The notes: generated from the sequence alone by a model not told the origin. Shown: positions 48,985-62,662, counted from the first letter of the stretch. The stretch: DNA of 64,000 bases from Felis catus (GCF_018350175.1 NC_058369.1:27530001-27594000), one strand, 5' to 3'. Made by a program: numbers and translations.

Positions 48985-49135
48985 AATCCATAATCCTCAC
49001 AAGAATCTCATGAGTTTTATAGATGAAGAAATTGAGACCTGGGGACAGAGTATTGTTTATCACAGGCACAAAGCTAGCAAAGAGTAGACCTGGGATTTGA
49101 AACCAGGTCCAGAAAATTCTAGAGCTCATATTACT
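48985..49135 (-). mobile_element. MIR remnant
   Basis: taatcctcacaagaatctcatgag ttttatagatgaagaaattgagacc...gggatttgaaaccaggtc. Confidence 0.75.
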
Positions 49136-49577
49136 GCCACAACAGTCCCCCTTCCTAAATAACTTTTATATTAAGTGAGCCAAGGAGGGGCCAGACTGCT
49201 CCACATTATTTAGTATTATTAATACAAGGAGACCAAGAAGCTCCTGCAGCTAGACTCTTTTTCAATAGCACTTTCCTGGAAGGGACAAATAGTCTCCGCT
49301 GGAATCCTTCCATCGACAGGGAACTCTACCTCACAGTACTTCAACTTGCCCTTCCATAACTCATATCCAGTACTCCCAGGCACAGCCCCTGACATAGCTT
49401 GATCAAATACTGGTTGAGCTCAGTACTTGGATCCGTATAAAAACTGAAAGAGTAAATAATATCTTTACCTGTAAGGGTGCATGTGAAGACTCAATAAGTT
49501 ATAACATGGGGACTGGCACAAGGTAAGTACTTGTTCAATGTGAATTATGAAAAAATTCCTGATTTTATTTAGTAAGG

Positions 49578-49767
49578 TTTTTTGTTTGTTTGTTTGTTTG
49601 TTTGTTTTCAGAGAGAGAGGAGCAGAGGGAGGGACACAGAGAATCTTAAGCAGGTTCCACACTCAATACAGAACCCAATGTGGGGCTCAATCCCATGACC
49701 CTGGGATCATGACCTGAGCCAAAATCAGGAGTCGAATGTTCAGCCGACTGAGCCATCCAGGCGTCCC
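49578..49767 (-). mobile_element. Can-SINE (Fc2-like) with (TTTG)n tail
   Basis: gagaatcttaagcaggttccacactc...ccctgggatcatgacctgagccaaaatcaggagtcg...gagccatccaggcgtccc; degenerate TSD atttagtaag / atttggtaag. Confidence 0.93.
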
Positions 49768-49964
49768 ATTTGGTAAGTTATTTTTAAGAAGAGAATATGT
49801 ATTTATGAATGCCTCACAAAAAAACAAAACATTAACAGTGACCTCCGTGTATCCATCTGGACTTCCCCCATTTTACCTCTTCGCCTCCTGTACCTAAGGT
49901 AATTATCATGTGGAGTTCTGGGTTCATCCTTCCTTTGCCTTATTTATATATGATTTCACTATAT

Positions 49965-50368
49965 TATCTTAGCTCAGGTGGGCTGCTATAACAAATTACC
50001 ATATACTGGGTAGCCTAAACAACAGATGTTAATTTTCCGTCAGGTCTGGGAATGTTGGAAGTCCAAGATCAGGATCTGGTATGGTTGAGTTCTTGTTAGA
50101 GCCCTCTTCCTGGTTTGTACAGTGTTGCCTTCTTGCTGTGTGTTCACAAGGCATTTTCTAGGTTTGTGCACAGGAAACAAATGCTTTTTCTCTTGCTCAC
50201 TTCCTTTTCTGACAAGGGCACTAATCCCATCAAGAGGGCACCATCCTCAAGATCATATCTAAACCTCATTATTTCCCAACAGTCTCACCTCCAAATACCA
50301 TCACACTGGGGGTTAGGACTTGAATATATGAATTGAGGAGGGCGAAAAAAAAATTCACTCAGTAAGTA
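49965..50368 (-). mobile_element. MaLR solo LTR (MLT1A/B-like) nested in an old L1 3' fragment (about 49800-50500)
   Basis: ggctgctataacaaattaccatatactgggtagcctaaacaacaga...ggaagtccaagatcagg...cacctccaaataccatcacactgggggttaggact. Confidence 0.9.
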
Positions 50369-50639
50369 ATATGCATCTAGAATTATTCCTAAAATGCTTT
50401 ATAAGCTATTTTTAACTTTATATAAAGGATAATATCCTTATTCAATCATATGTAATCTTTGTGGGCTTATTTTTCCCCACTCATTGTTTTATTACTAAGA
50501 AATTAGAAGATATCTACAACTGAATGAAATACACATTAAAACCTGCAGTTATATTGTAAAACAGTCTCAAAATTAACAGGATAAATGTCAGTGTTAGGTA
50601 CAAAAAATGGACAAAAAGCCCATATTTAGCAAAAGAAAA

Positions 50640-51220
50640 AACATAATTAATATAAAAGCAAATATTAATAAAACAGAAAACAAATATTTGCAAGAGGAGA
50701 GCAAAACTTCAAAAGTTGGTTCTTTGATAAAATTGAAAACAGATCAACCTCTAGCAAGATTATCAAAAGAAAATGAAGAATAAGCTTTAGTGTTTTAAAT
50801 GAAAAAAAGTGGACATAAATACAGCTCAAATAAGATAACAAAAGGTGATTATCAACAACTGTATGTGAAAATCTTTAAAAACACTTAGATGAAGTGGTCA
50901 AGGACCTGGAAGTATATAAGTCAACAGGATGGGCATAGGAAATAAATACCAAAAGAAGAACTATTAAAGAATCAGGGGGCAGTGATTTAAAATCTTTTTG
51001 CAAAGAAAACACCACATAAGATGGTTGAACAGGCAAGTTTTTCCAAACTGTCAAGAAAGAGATTATTCTAATTCTAGGCAAACTTGTCACGACAATAGAA
51101 AAAAAGAGCTTATTCCCCATTGATTCTATAAGGTCAGTATAATCCTGTTACTAAGACCAGACAAAAACATTGTAAGAGAGAAAAAATATAGCCTCATTTC
51201 ACTCTTAAATACAGATGCAT
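50640..51220 (+). mobile_element. Decayed L1 ORF2 fragment (region leading into the RT domain)
   Basis: aaaagttggttctttgataaaat (KSWFF), aacacttagatgaagtgg, gattctataaggtcagtataatcctgttactaagaccagacaaa (FYEASITLIPKP-like), cctcatttcactcttaaatacagatgca (RPISLMNIDA-like); many stops and frameshifts. Confidence 0.85.
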
Positions 51221-51304
51221 ATCCCCCTTCTTAGTAGTGTACTCAATTACAGTCCATAAGAAACTTTATTTCCAAGTAGCATGTCGACATTATAGAAGGA
51301 TCAC

Positions 51305-51680
51305 ATTAGCTCACTTAAGCTCTCAAAAACTTCTATCCTCCTCTACAAAATGTTATTTCATAGTATCTATCTAATTCTGGGATAATTAATGATTTCAATA
51401 ATATAAAGCTCTTAGCTCAGTGTATGGAAGTAACAATAAGCAATAATAAGTCATAGCTACGATTTAGCAAGTGCTTAGTTACTTGCTCACAAGTAACTCA
51501 CCAACAAAACTCACAAACAAAAAAACAAAACAATTTTCCTTTCATACTCACAAACCTCACTAAGAGGTACTATCCCCACTTAATGAATGAAGTAATTGAG
51601 TCAAGAAGAATTTCACAACTTGCCCAAAGTTACATAATTTGCAAAAAGCCAAATTAATATAACAACCATGTGCCAACTGA
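51305..51680. mobile_element. Two MIR remnants in opposite orientation
   Basis: + copy ends aaagctcttagctcagtgtatggaagtaac; - copy has ccccacttaatgaatgaagtaattgag...aacttgcccaaagttaca. Confidence 0.6.
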
Positions 51681-53309
51681 ACACTGGTGTAGAGTGGGTA
51701 CTTCTAGTTAGAGGCAATTTAATAGATGCTTTTGGGGGACACAGTGCTTCCTCTGAGAGGCACTCTGGTTCCTTCCATGAGGCATGGGATGTGTTCACCT
51801 TTTTGGAAAGGTAGTTTTCAGGTTGGGTTTGATTTGTGACATGTGAGATTAAATTGCAGCCTTTCTAATGGAAAGTCTTCAGAGGGCAGGAGTGAGTGAT
51901 ACATCGTCATTTATCCATCCCTGCGTGGGGAACCTTGAACGTTAATGAGATCAGACATGTCATGGCAGCTCCCTCCACTAGTGCCACAAATTCTAGGTCA
52001 GAAGAATTTTTTTTTTCATTCTGGCCACTTCCCTGCCCACCAGGAACTCTCTTCCAGGTTCCTGGGAAATAATATTTATGATAATTAATCTTAGGCAGGG
52101 CTTATGGCTTTTTTTCCATTAAGGTTATCAAGAATGTTGCCAATAATCCATTTCATATTTTCATAGGAAAAGCTAATTTACACAAACAATGCATCTAGAA
52201 AAATGAATGAGAGTTCTCAATTGGGAGACAAGGTGAGTGGCAGGAAACATGAGGCTTGTGAACTCTGCCGGCTTGAAAAATCAGTCAGGGGAAGATATAG
52301 TGTGCCATTCTATTCTTTCCCCAGAGAAGTTTACTGATCAGTTAGGCACAGAAGTTAACAAAGATTTAAGAAACAATTTGCTCTCTGAGTGTGGAAAACA
52401 CCACCCCTGTCAAATATTATACAGTGACATCATTTATTACTATGCTGTGCAAGGTGATTTTCCTGTATCTTAAGAGACTTTATGCTTGTGTTTGTATCAC
52501 TGGTACCTTGGAAAGGAAACCAACAAGAATGCATTTCTCACCATTTATATCCATACTGGTACTGCGAACTGTGAGTGCAAACATATTTTTCAGGAAGTTT
52601 ATGATAGAAAAAGCAAGATAGTGAGAAGGGGGTTTTGAAGACATTTGGATACAGAAAGATTTTGAGCTGAACCTCCAGGTATCGCCTGCTGGTCCCCTGC
52701 CCATACCATCCAGCTCTCCTACTTTTCTCTAGGGTCAGAGCTTCATGTCCAGTTGGCTCAGCTGAATATTATCAAATGATTCCTGTCTTCAACTATACTT
52801 ATAGTCGTCAGCCTTGGAGAGAGGTAGGTAATACTGAGAGACTGAAGAGGGTGGATGGTGAACATTTGAAACGCTTGTTCATTCGACCCAGATGCAAATG
52901 CATTGTGAAAGATGTATGGTATGGGAGTTCCCCAAATCCATCCATCAGTGAAAAGGCATAAATGGTGATCTTCCCTTTCTTTCTCATCATACCTCCCCCT
53001 TTTCCTGCTGGTGAGAGATGATAACATCTGAGGAGGAGGGGGTGAGAGGGACTAGCATCTCATGGAGGTCAGTGGTAAAAGGCAGCATGTGCTGTAGCTG
53101 TAGATGTAGGACAGCATGGGGAGCGGGTGTACACAGAATTGGGAGAGTGGTGTGTGCAGGATTTGAGGAAGCAGAGAAGACAGGATGGCAGGTGCAGAGG
53201 TAGTGGGCAGGGAAGGATGAACAGACTGTTTAGGAGATTGCTTATACTGAGCAAATGAGTACGTATATTGAGGACAATGAGAACCAGGTTTCTTATTGTC
53301 TGCGACGGC

Positions 53310-54530
53310 ATTTATTAACATGGAAAGGGAAAAAGAGTAAGATTTGAATTGGAAAGAGTTATATTTGGGGGTACCTGGGTGGCTCAGTCAGTTAAGTGTC
53401 TGACTTTGGCTCAGGTCATGATCTCACAGCTCTTGAGTTCAAACTCCACGTTGGGCTCTGTGCTGACAGCTCAGAGCCCAGAGCCTGTTTCAGATTCTGT
53501 GTCTCCTCTCTCTACTCTTCCCTCACTGGTGCGCATGTGCTCTCTCTCTTTTTCTCAAATAAATAAACAATAAAAAGATTTTTTTTTAAAAAGGAAAGTT
53601 ATATTTGAATTAATATGAACTCATGGTGGGGAGTATGTGTAGACACACATACTCATGCACACAGATATAAATGTATGTGTATACATATATGCATGTATTT
53701 CCTAGCTCTACATGTTGGGAGGATCTAGAAGCAAATGATATCCCAGGAGCAATGAGCACACAAAGTACCTGGATCTTAGTTTCTAAAACTGTCCTCTGCT
53801 AAAAAGAGCCAGGGCTGCTTAGAGTAACAGGTGATTCCAAGGCTAGACAGGAAAGGGATAAGGTGACCCTGGAACTTCTTATTTGGTACCAGAGAGTAAA
53901 GAAATGTTCAAATAATGCTGAGGAAACCCGGAAAACACCAACTGGACTAGAAGATCATGTGAAAGGATGGGTCATTACAGCATGCCTTCTGATGTGATGC
54001 ACTGAGAAAAGCTCAACATTACTTCTGCAGGATTCCTGCCAAGAATGCATCCAAGAAGAAGACGTGAATCTAATTACGAAAACATTTTGGAAGATACAGG
54101 TAGAGGGTCATTCTATGGGAAAATGTGAGACAAGGAACAACTGAGAACCGGTTCCAGATCAAAGGAAACTAGGAATGATAATGCAAGTTCCTGGACAGGA
54201 TCCTGGATCACCAAAGAAAACAAGTCATTGTTGAGACAGTTGACAAAATTCAAATGTGGTCTGTGGATTGGACGGTAGCACATATCAGCACCGATTTCCA
54301 AATGGGGAGAGTGTTTGTAAAGTGAGTCCTTGTTTTAGGAAGATAAACTGAAATTTAGGTAGGGGTCATGGGGCATGATGTAAGAAGAAGAATATTTCTA
54401 TTTGAGAGAGAGAGAAAGAAAATAAATGTATTGGCATGTTCAAAATCGGGTAATTTGGGTAAAAGGAATGTGACAGTTCTTGCCACTCTTCCATAAGTTC
54501 AAAACAGCTTCAAAATTAAAAAAAAAAAAT
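53310..54530 (+). mobile_element. L1MC-type 3' UTR, interrupted by a Can-SINE
   Basis: tttcctagctct...ctagaagcaaatgatatcccaggagcaatgagcac...ttctgatgtgatgcactgaga...ggatcctggatc...; ends caaaattaaaaaaaaaaaa. Confidence 0.85.
53367..53592 (+). mobile_element. Can-SINE
   Basis: gggggtacctgggtggctcagtcagttaagtgtctgactttggctcaggtcatgatctc...; TSD core agttatatttg on both sides. Confidence 0.95.
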
Positions 54531-54635
54531 ACTTAAAGTGCTGAGTTCTGAAGAGAAAAAAAACAGCATAAAAGAGGGAGGGGAGGGTTACAGGGTGTGT
54601 TGTGTGTGTGAGAAAAAAATGATTGGTAGATATTA

Positions 54636-54736
54636 AGAGAGAGAGAGAGGAGGGAGGGAAGGAGGGAAGGAGGGAGAGAGGGAGAGAGGGAGCGAGGGAG
54701 AGAGGGAGAGAGGGAGAGAGGGAGAGAGAGAGAGAA
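54636..54736. repeat. Purine-only (GA/GGGA) low-complexity tract
   Basis: About 100 nt of G/A with a single C. Confidence 0.9.
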
Positions 54737-56163
54737 ACACACGTGCAAATAATTACCACAAGGAATAGAACTAGTAGGAAAAGACGGATGTTGGAGAAAA
54801 GTGGAATAAATTCTGATGTGGAATATAATCCTTCCATTATTCCAAGGCACTGCCAGTAACGTCCACATTATTCATCAACACCATCAGCACAGATACTGTG
54901 TGTTACCTTGTTTGATTTAATGTTAAGTGCAACGCTGATTGGAGGACAGGGGCTGAAGGAGCACAGGGAAGCCCAGAGTGGACAGGTACATTTGGGTTTC
55001 AGATAAAAAGTGACATGAAACTTATACCTAAATGCTCTAATAAATGGTAGAAAAAAATCACACTGAGCCTCCAGGGAGTGGCAGATACAGTATGAAAGGA
55101 CTTCAAAGGATTGAATGAAAGAGAATATTCCAATTCCTTCAGCTCCATCTCTGGACTAGGTGCTTTGTATCCATTGTCATGTTACTCCTCACAGAATGCT
55201 CAGGAGGTAGAAATTAGTTATAGGAACTGCAAGGTATAGAGATTCAATAAGAGACCAAGGTCCCCCAACTAGTAAAGAGCAGAGCCAAGATTCAAAAAGC
55301 AGTCCACAGCACCACAAATATCATTTTTATTGCACCACAGTAGGCTGCCTTCTGCCAGGGATATAGGGATGGAGCTCTGTTGAAGAAGGCTTTGTGGAGG
55401 AAGTGAGCAGACATGAGGTAGGGCCTGACAGGCTGGCAGGAAGAGAAAAATGGAATCCTCATGGTCATGAGGGAGGCTGGGTGATGGTATAGGGGCAGTG
55501 CAACTGATTTCAAAGATGTCCAAAACACAAGGTGATCCATTATTCCATGGCCAATATGGATTCAAAAATGATGGTGGTTAGAAAGACTGAGCCCTTGCTG
55601 CAGAAGACAGAGAGCTGGCAATACTTCTGTGTCCTGCTTTCATGCCCTGAAGCTTAGGATCAAAATCACCATGGACAGACTCATAGGGAACATTTAAAAA
55701 AACATTTATTTTCAGACATCATTTAAAGAAAGCAATACCTGAAAGACTGAAAGTACAAATTTTCAAGGTGCGATTTTCAAAACTGCAGAAACTTCCAGTT
55801 TGGATACATTTTCTGAAAATTTCCCCCATCATTATTAGCACTTCTGCCAAATAATCACATCCCTAAAAATATTCCCTCCTTAATAATGCACAAATGAGGT
55901 CTCTTCACGGAGGAGGAGCAAGGCAAAGAAGGTGATGAATTGCAAATCATCCATAATTTATGCAGATATTCCACTGAAAACTACATTCATTGCCTTTCCC
56001 AAATAGCACCATAAGCATTCCCTTTAAGTAAAAGAAGACTATTTTCATAAATTAGACTCTAATTTATTTCTCTAATCAATGTATTTTTATGCCAAAAGTC
56101 AAATAGTAAGCAATACAGTTAGGGTAGGAATTATAAACTGAAGAACATGGAACATGGTATTCA

Positions 56164-56277
56164 GGGGAAAAGAAAGAAAGGAAAAGAAAAGACAAGAGAG
56201 GAATAGAGAAAAAGAAAGAGAAAGAGAAGAAGAAAAGAAAAGAAAAGAAAAGAAAAGAAAAGAAAAAAAGGAAGAAA

Positions 56278-56325
<48 letters not shown>

Positions 56326-56330
56326 AAAAA
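56164..56330. repeat. Compound (AAAAG)n/(AAAG)n polypurine tract
   Basis: About 165 nt, almost all A/G. Confidence 0.95.
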
Positions 56331-56711
56331 TATTTTCTGTGGCTTTAGTTCTGCTTTTAAGTGCCTTTTTTCCAAAGGACTTTATGATGTAACTGGTTCT
56401 AGTCATCCTGAATATGAACAAAAAAGGCCAAGTTATCATGAGATGCATTTGGGGGAAAAACTGCACTTGGTGCTACAGTGTACCTGTGAGCTGCAGATCC
56501 TATGATGAAATGAGCAGAGCTTTATCTTCCAAAGCCAGTCATAACAGTAACCAGCTTCTAAGAACAAATAGAGATCCATCAGGACTATTTCTCTGACTTG
56601 TCTATGTCAAATGTCACTTTTTTTTGTAGCATCCTATTTATAGGACAGGAGATAGAGAAAAGTTCAAAGACCCTGACTCTTGTGATTACTGGTTCAGTGT
56701 TTAAATATGCG

Positions 56712-57150
56712 TGTCTTAGGCTAGTTTATTCTAGAGAAAATCCTGATACAAGATTGTGAGGGCAAGTTGATTTGGAAGGTGATTCCAGAAATTACCAGTG
56801 GGGAAGTGGAGAAGTGAAATAAGTGAAGGAATATATCCACCAAATGGGTTATTTCAGTGGGCTAGACAGACTGAATTCCACAGGAGACATTTCTCAGAGT
56901 TATTCCAACGAAAGGAACAAGGGAAGCTGGGTATTTATCCATTAATTTCCCTTAGTTATATGTGATGACTGCTACTGTGGGGAGGTAGGATGGCAGGGAA
57001 TTACCTTTACAATTATTTTTGTACCACACACAGGCACAGTGGACACCACCAGTGGCCAGCCAGAATAACACAGTCTATAGAGATGGAAGCCAAGGGTCAA
57101 TGTATAGTGGAATGATCATTGTCCAAGGGTGTATTGGCAGCATCTGGTGA
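56712..57150 (-). mobile_element. ERVL solo LTR (LTR33-like)
   Basis: tgtcttaggctag...ttggaaggtgattccagaaattaccagtggggaagtggagaagtga...tcagagttattcca...gaagctgggtatttatcca. Confidence 0.75.
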
Positions 57151-57207
57151 AGGATCTTTTAAGGGGCAATGCCGAGTAGACTGGGTCAACACTTGATTCC
57201 AAGCCAA

Positions 57208-57239
<32 letters not shown>

Positions 57240-57247
57240 ACACACAC
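57208..57247. repeat. (CA)n microsatellite, one TA interruption
   Basis: Read directly. Confidence 0.95.
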
Positions 57248-57494
57248 TCCTCAGGATAAAGTCTTAATAAGCATCAAATAGATCATCAGCTGTCCATTTT
57301 AAGACCTGCTCTGAGATGCACATGAGTGCTTAGACTATTCCAGGGTTCATCAATGTCTCAAAGACTAAGCCATCTAAATTATCTGCCCCTTGGTCTAATT
57401 ATCTGCTTAAACAACCCAAACTGAAGGGGAAAGTCAAGACACTGCCATAAGAAGGAAAAATGACTGCAACGTATAGCTTATTTAGTATCATATT

Positions 57495-57703
57495 ATCCCA
57501 TGGCACCCTATATATCTCCTTTCATTAACATTCATTACATTTGTAATTATTTCTTTTTCATTATCTGTCTTCCCTGAGAGGCCATAAACTGAATGGGGCC
57601 AGAGACCATGTCTGATTATTCAGAGTTCTATTCCCTATGTCTAATACATAGTAGAGACTTGGTCACTCACTTCTTTTGAATGCAAGAATAAATGAATGAA
57701 TGA
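57495..57703 (+). mobile_element. L2 3' end
   Basis: catttgtaattatttc...tctgtcttccc...gggccagagaccatgtctg...tgaatgcaagaataaatgaatgaatgaa. Confidence 0.75.
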
Positions 57704-59447
57704 AGGTTATTGCCATCATCCATCAGGCAAAGTGAATTACATAGCTGAGGTGCTGGACCACTGCTAAATATGAGGTAACTTCTGCAAATTAGAAAAATGT
57801 GTTTTCTTATTTGGCAGATAAAGCCCTGAGCCAGGGCTCACTGTTTATCAAAAGGAATGCAGGCTGAAATTCAGCCTCTGCTTACCCATTAGTAGAATCA
57901 CTGAAAGTAAAGATGACATATTGCAGAATATCCAGCTAATTCACAAAGGACGGTGGCATCAAGTATAAGTCTACAACCACTTTTTATAAATTGGGGATGT
58001 TTGTTATTGCAGCACACTTAGCTCATTCTGACTGACACCATGCAGAAAAAGCAGCTCTATAATTGGTGACCCTGGGTAGGTTAATATAACTTGCAAACTC
58101 TCTGGTCTCATGAACTTCTCTTCATACCACACCCTCATTCATGCATTATCCCCTCTTTGCATACAACAGAAACTCTAATAAGCATTGCTTATCTATGTGG
58201 GGGAGAAGACAAAGGGCTTAACCACTTCTGCCAATAGAGGCCCTTCTGAAATCATGTGAAGGAGAAAAAAATTCTATATGTCTTTCATTTAGAAGGGAGT
58301 CCTAATTCTTCCATCCTTATGTAATCTCCAGAGCAATTCCTGAACCATCAAGGCCACCACTCCCCAGGGGGTCAGAGCTTCAGGCTCATAATGAGTTGTA
58401 CTACTATGACTATCACTGCTAATTAATGGTTGATGTTCAGCTTAAATGGAATACAGCCCATTTCTGACTCCTACACTGTAAGTCAAATACAGTTCCCATT
58501 TCCAAATTGTGCACTTCATCTTAACAGTATAATTCTATTTAAAAAAAAGACAAAATTTAAATCAAGGAAGAAATGACATTTTCCAAACTGGTTGGGTTAT
58601 CAAAATTAAAAGCATAGAAAAATTAATAACATGGGATTAGTATTATTATAGAAATGCATTCAATCTTATATTAAAATACAATTCTTTTAAGCCATGGCTG
58701 TCACAGTTAAATGTTAATAGTATTTAAACATAAATCCTTCTCCCCATGAAGCAAGAATCATTGTGCAGGCACGTTAGCTATTCTATTCACTTTAGAGATG
58801 CTGCCTGGTAGAGCATTTTAATGTAAGCCTTGTCAGTGTTAATCCTGATGTCTGATGCCGAGATGTGTGTTATATTACTTTACGTAACTGAAAAATGGGA
58901 AGCCTTTATGTCGGATTACAGGCTGAAATAATGACCTCGTCTCGGAAGCAGGGCCTGGGATATAACGAGGTGCCAAATGGGATTCTAGGTTGGAGCCTCT
59001 GTAAGACTTGAAAAGAGCCAGGCCTTTTGTTCAAACACATTCGCTCACTAACAGAATGCTTTTGCCCCCTGCTATCTACTTAAGGCTCATTTACAAAGAA
59101 GAGTAAGCAAGAGAAACAGACATGATCCATGGAGAGATAACCAGCCAAGCTTTGGACTTGGGTAGACAATGGTGGGAATGGACCAAGCCACCCCTTCACT
59201 GCCATAACCAACAGTCTAGTGGAATGGTGTTCAAAATGTGTTCATGGAGTCTAAGGTGGTGTGTAAGAGCCTGAGGCTCAGTAGGGGCTGGGTCAGGGAG
59301 AGAGAAGGAGAGACCCCTTGGATTCAGTGCCATCTTACTGCATGCAGAGCAGTTCCTCTTGTATCTGCTGGTATGTTTTATATGCCATATATTTATATGC
59401 CAGTATTTAATGATGGCATATAAAATATGGTTCTACTCTTAAAAGAG

Positions 59448-60120
59448 TTCATTAATTCAACAAATATTTACTAGGCATAGACAATAAGTTCGTAAATAAA
59501 TAATTTCAGACAGTGATAGATAGTATGCAGACAAAAAAAAATAATTATGGGGTAGAAAATATGTAGGATAAAGGCCATAGTCATATACGGTGAGACAGGG
59601 AAAATCTGGCTGGGGGCGGGGTAGAATCTGAGTTGAGACATGAATAAGTAGAAATAGTCCATCATGTGAGATCTAGGGAAGAAATATTTCAGGCAGAGGA
59701 GTAGCCAGTACAAAGATCTCATGGCAGGAACAAGATCATGTTTCTAAGAACAGAAAGAGGGCAATGTGACACTAGTCTGTGGAGGAAAGCAAGGCATAAA
59801 AAAGAAGGGATAGTTCAAGCAGGGCCTCAAAGACTCAGACAACAACTTCAGATGTCATTGTCATGTCAGGTGCATGGAAGGCAATGGAAGGCTGAAAAAA
59901 AGGTGGGTATGGCAAGATCTAAGTTCTAAAGGCTTCTGCCCAATGAGAAATAGACTTTTAGGGGTAAGAATAGAAACTGGGGGAGCAGTAAGAAGATGGG
60001 TGCAATTCTTCAGGCAAGAGAACACGAGGGCTTGGAATAGAAATGGAGAGTGAAGATGGTAAAAATTATTTGGAATTGGGGTATGTTTAATGGTAAATCT
60101 GATAGGACTTGATTTAAAAT
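59448..60120 (-). mobile_element. L2 3' fragment
   Basis: ttcattaattcaacaaatatttactag...tctgagttgagacatgaataa...tttcaggcagaggagtagccagtacaaag...tgcaattcttcaggcaagaga...gataggactt. Confidence 0.85.
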
Positions 60121-61334
60121 CCCTAATCACAATTTGAGAAGGGGAAGGTGGAAATATGTTACATGTAGGGAAGGAGGAGGTGGAGGATAATGTTCAGAAA
60201 GAAGACAGTAATTGTCACTTCTGTACATAGTTCTAGCTCAGTGGTGTGCCAAGTATCAGCACAGTGTTTCTGTGCTGAGACCTGATTGTTTTGCCATTGT
60301 CTTTCTTCAACTACTTCATTCTTGCTTCCCGATCTGACAAAGAACTTCTTACGACACTTCTTGGCCTCCCTTTGTGTCTAGATTACCTATTCTCTCCCTT
60401 CACTTGCAGGTGGCCATACACAGAATGATCTCTATTTTTTTACTTCCTATGACAGATAACGGGTTCGTGAACTTCATTAGTGTGGGGACTATCTTTTTCC
60501 TGCTCAAAACCAACCCATATAAATAGCATCTAATTAGTTAAAAGACTCAACAAATTATACCATCAGAACAATGTATGGCAAAATCTGATAGCTCTAATTA
60601 TCTTAATAATCAGCAGAACCACTATCAACCTAATAAGAGGATGAGTCATTAATGACAGTTTATGAAGATTACCCACTTTCTCTTTGCTGTGGAGTTTGCC
60701 CTTTCCATGTTAAAATCTGGATGCACTTTCTACTTGAATCTAAAAAGGGTGATTTCTAAGAAGTTCCTGAAGCAATACAAGATCAAAACATAAGTAATAA
60801 CCACATTCATTCTCAATTAATATTACAGTGAATTTATCACAGAACACATAATTAGGTTATAAATTAAATATCAAGAGAGAAGCCCCCCCCCTTTTAAGAT
60901 TTCTCATTTCTCATGCACTCAAAAATGAGAAGTATTTTCTCATTCTGATCCTAAATCTAACACTGAAATGGTGACTTTACTTGCTTTTATGCAATTTGCT
61001 TTATTTTGTGATTACCTTATCCTTCCTTTCCTCCCCCCAGTGTGATTGCTTTAATCCTTTTATCTAGAACCATAGGAACATCTATCAGCTTCACCTTTTT
61101 GGTATGCTTCAGCTAAAGAAAACTATTTAATTCTAAACTGGTCTAAAATTTAGGACCAAATATCATGCATTATACACTCCCTAGACCTTTGAGTTTCACT
61201 CTGGATCTGCAAACAACCCCCCTCCCTCCATACCTCTACCCTAGGGTATGTCTTTAAGCATTCCAAATCATGAGGCAAACCTATATGTGGTGAGAATGCA
61301 GGGTGAGAAGACAGTTTAAAGTGTGTCTACTTTA

Positions 61335-61455
61335 ATAACTTCTTGATACAGTGAAGAAACTGACTCCAAAGAGAATGTAAGGACCAAGGTCATTCAAAGA
61401 GCTGGTGATAGCCTCAAGACTAAAATCCAACATATTTTACTGTTAATTAATGCTC
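61335..61455 (-). mobile_element. MIR remnant
   Basis: tacagtgaagaaactgactccaaagagaatgtaaggaccaaggtcattc. Confidence 0.6.
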
Positions 61456-62289
61456 TTTTAGACCCAGTGAATGAACTACTGTAGAAACGTTTTTAAAATC
61501 ACATATCTTTTTTCATTATGCTTTGCCACTATAAAGACTGAACATGGCCCTACCAAAGAGCTAATTTCAATATTAAAAAAAATCTCAAAGAATCAAGATA
61601 TGCATCAAGTGATATCTCTTCTCTCTGCACTTCAGGTCACTAAAATGCCAGTCCTCTGTACAAACATGCTTTTTGGATTCTAAAGCAGAGAGATTAATGT
61701 TCTTCCATTTCCTAGTCACAGTATAATCAGTATGAAGGAATAAGATTAGTGTTATGCCATTTCCACACACAAAAAATGTTCTCAATGTGTCTGTCAGTGT
61801 ATGTGTTTCAAAAGGATAATGGGGAATGCTTAATGAAAGGTATTGCTCCTTATCTATGTATTGTGAAAAAAAAGTTAGCTCACACATCCCATGATATATA
61901 GAAAGCACATATGAAGACCTGAATTATACTATCTTGCTATCAATACTGTTTGGCTAAAAGCCAGTTTATGGCCCCCAAGTACCATATGGTTCAACAGTGC
62001 ATTTCTCTGACAGTCACTCAGAACTCCAATCATATTACTCTTGCCTTCAAAGTAACCACCATTAGATGTAAGTTCTACTCCTCAACTCCATGGCATTTGG
62101 AAGCTCAAAGTAATTTCCTTTAGGATCTCCATCTCTTGTATCTGATTTTCTATGGGTTTGGGGCTAATTTCTTGCTCAGCTTGGGGTAGAGGAGCCTGGA
62201 GGAGGAAGTAGATGGGTTTAGCCATTTTTAGGTTTAAATTACACCAGCTCAGTGAGTCCAGATTGAAGGAGGAGGAGAAGAAGAAGAAA

Positions 62290-62662
62290 GAGGAAGGGAA
62301 AAAAAAAGTTTCCTACTGTTCATATATAAAATTCTAGGAAAAGAGTTTAATTGACTGCTGGGTAATATGCTCACACTTTAGACCAGTCACTGTGGCCAAG
62401 AGATGGTATACACTGATTGCATGGTCATATCCCTATTCTGTGACTGAGAGGAGAATATTTTGCCATTCATTTTTGCCTCCTGATCTGGCTGAGAACTTTG
62501 TATTTCATATCACCAATATCATGTACTGGTATGAATACCATGAATAGGAAACCACCCAAAACCAAGACACGCGTGAGAAACGGTACCCAGTGAATATGGG
62601 CAGCTATTACCAGAAATGGTAGAAAGTTATGCCTGGAAGACAGAAATAACAGGTGTCCACTG
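62290..62662 (-). mobile_element. Old MaLR LTR fragment (MLT1J/K-like)
   Basis: gaccagtcactgtggccaagagatggtatacactgattg...gctattaccagaaatgg...atgcctggaagacagaaataacaggtgtccact. Confidence 0.55.

Noticed and set aside
49800..51220. Possible twin-primed (5'-inverted) L1: minus 3' UTR fragment abutting a plus ORF2 fragment
   Set aside because: The two pieces come from distant parts of the L1 consensus (3' UTR against the start of RT) and I found no TSD. Independent insertions are simpler.
55662..55683. Partial REST/RE1 match (CACCATGGACAG)
   Set aside because: The left TTCAG and right CGCC flanks do not match, so it is too weak to call.
60901..60944. Alternative 8-9 bp hairpins (ttctcatt/aatgagaa); similar short ones at 16328-16366 and 21662-21683
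   Set aside because: Arms of this length are frequent by chance in 64 kb and are too short for a pre-miRNA.
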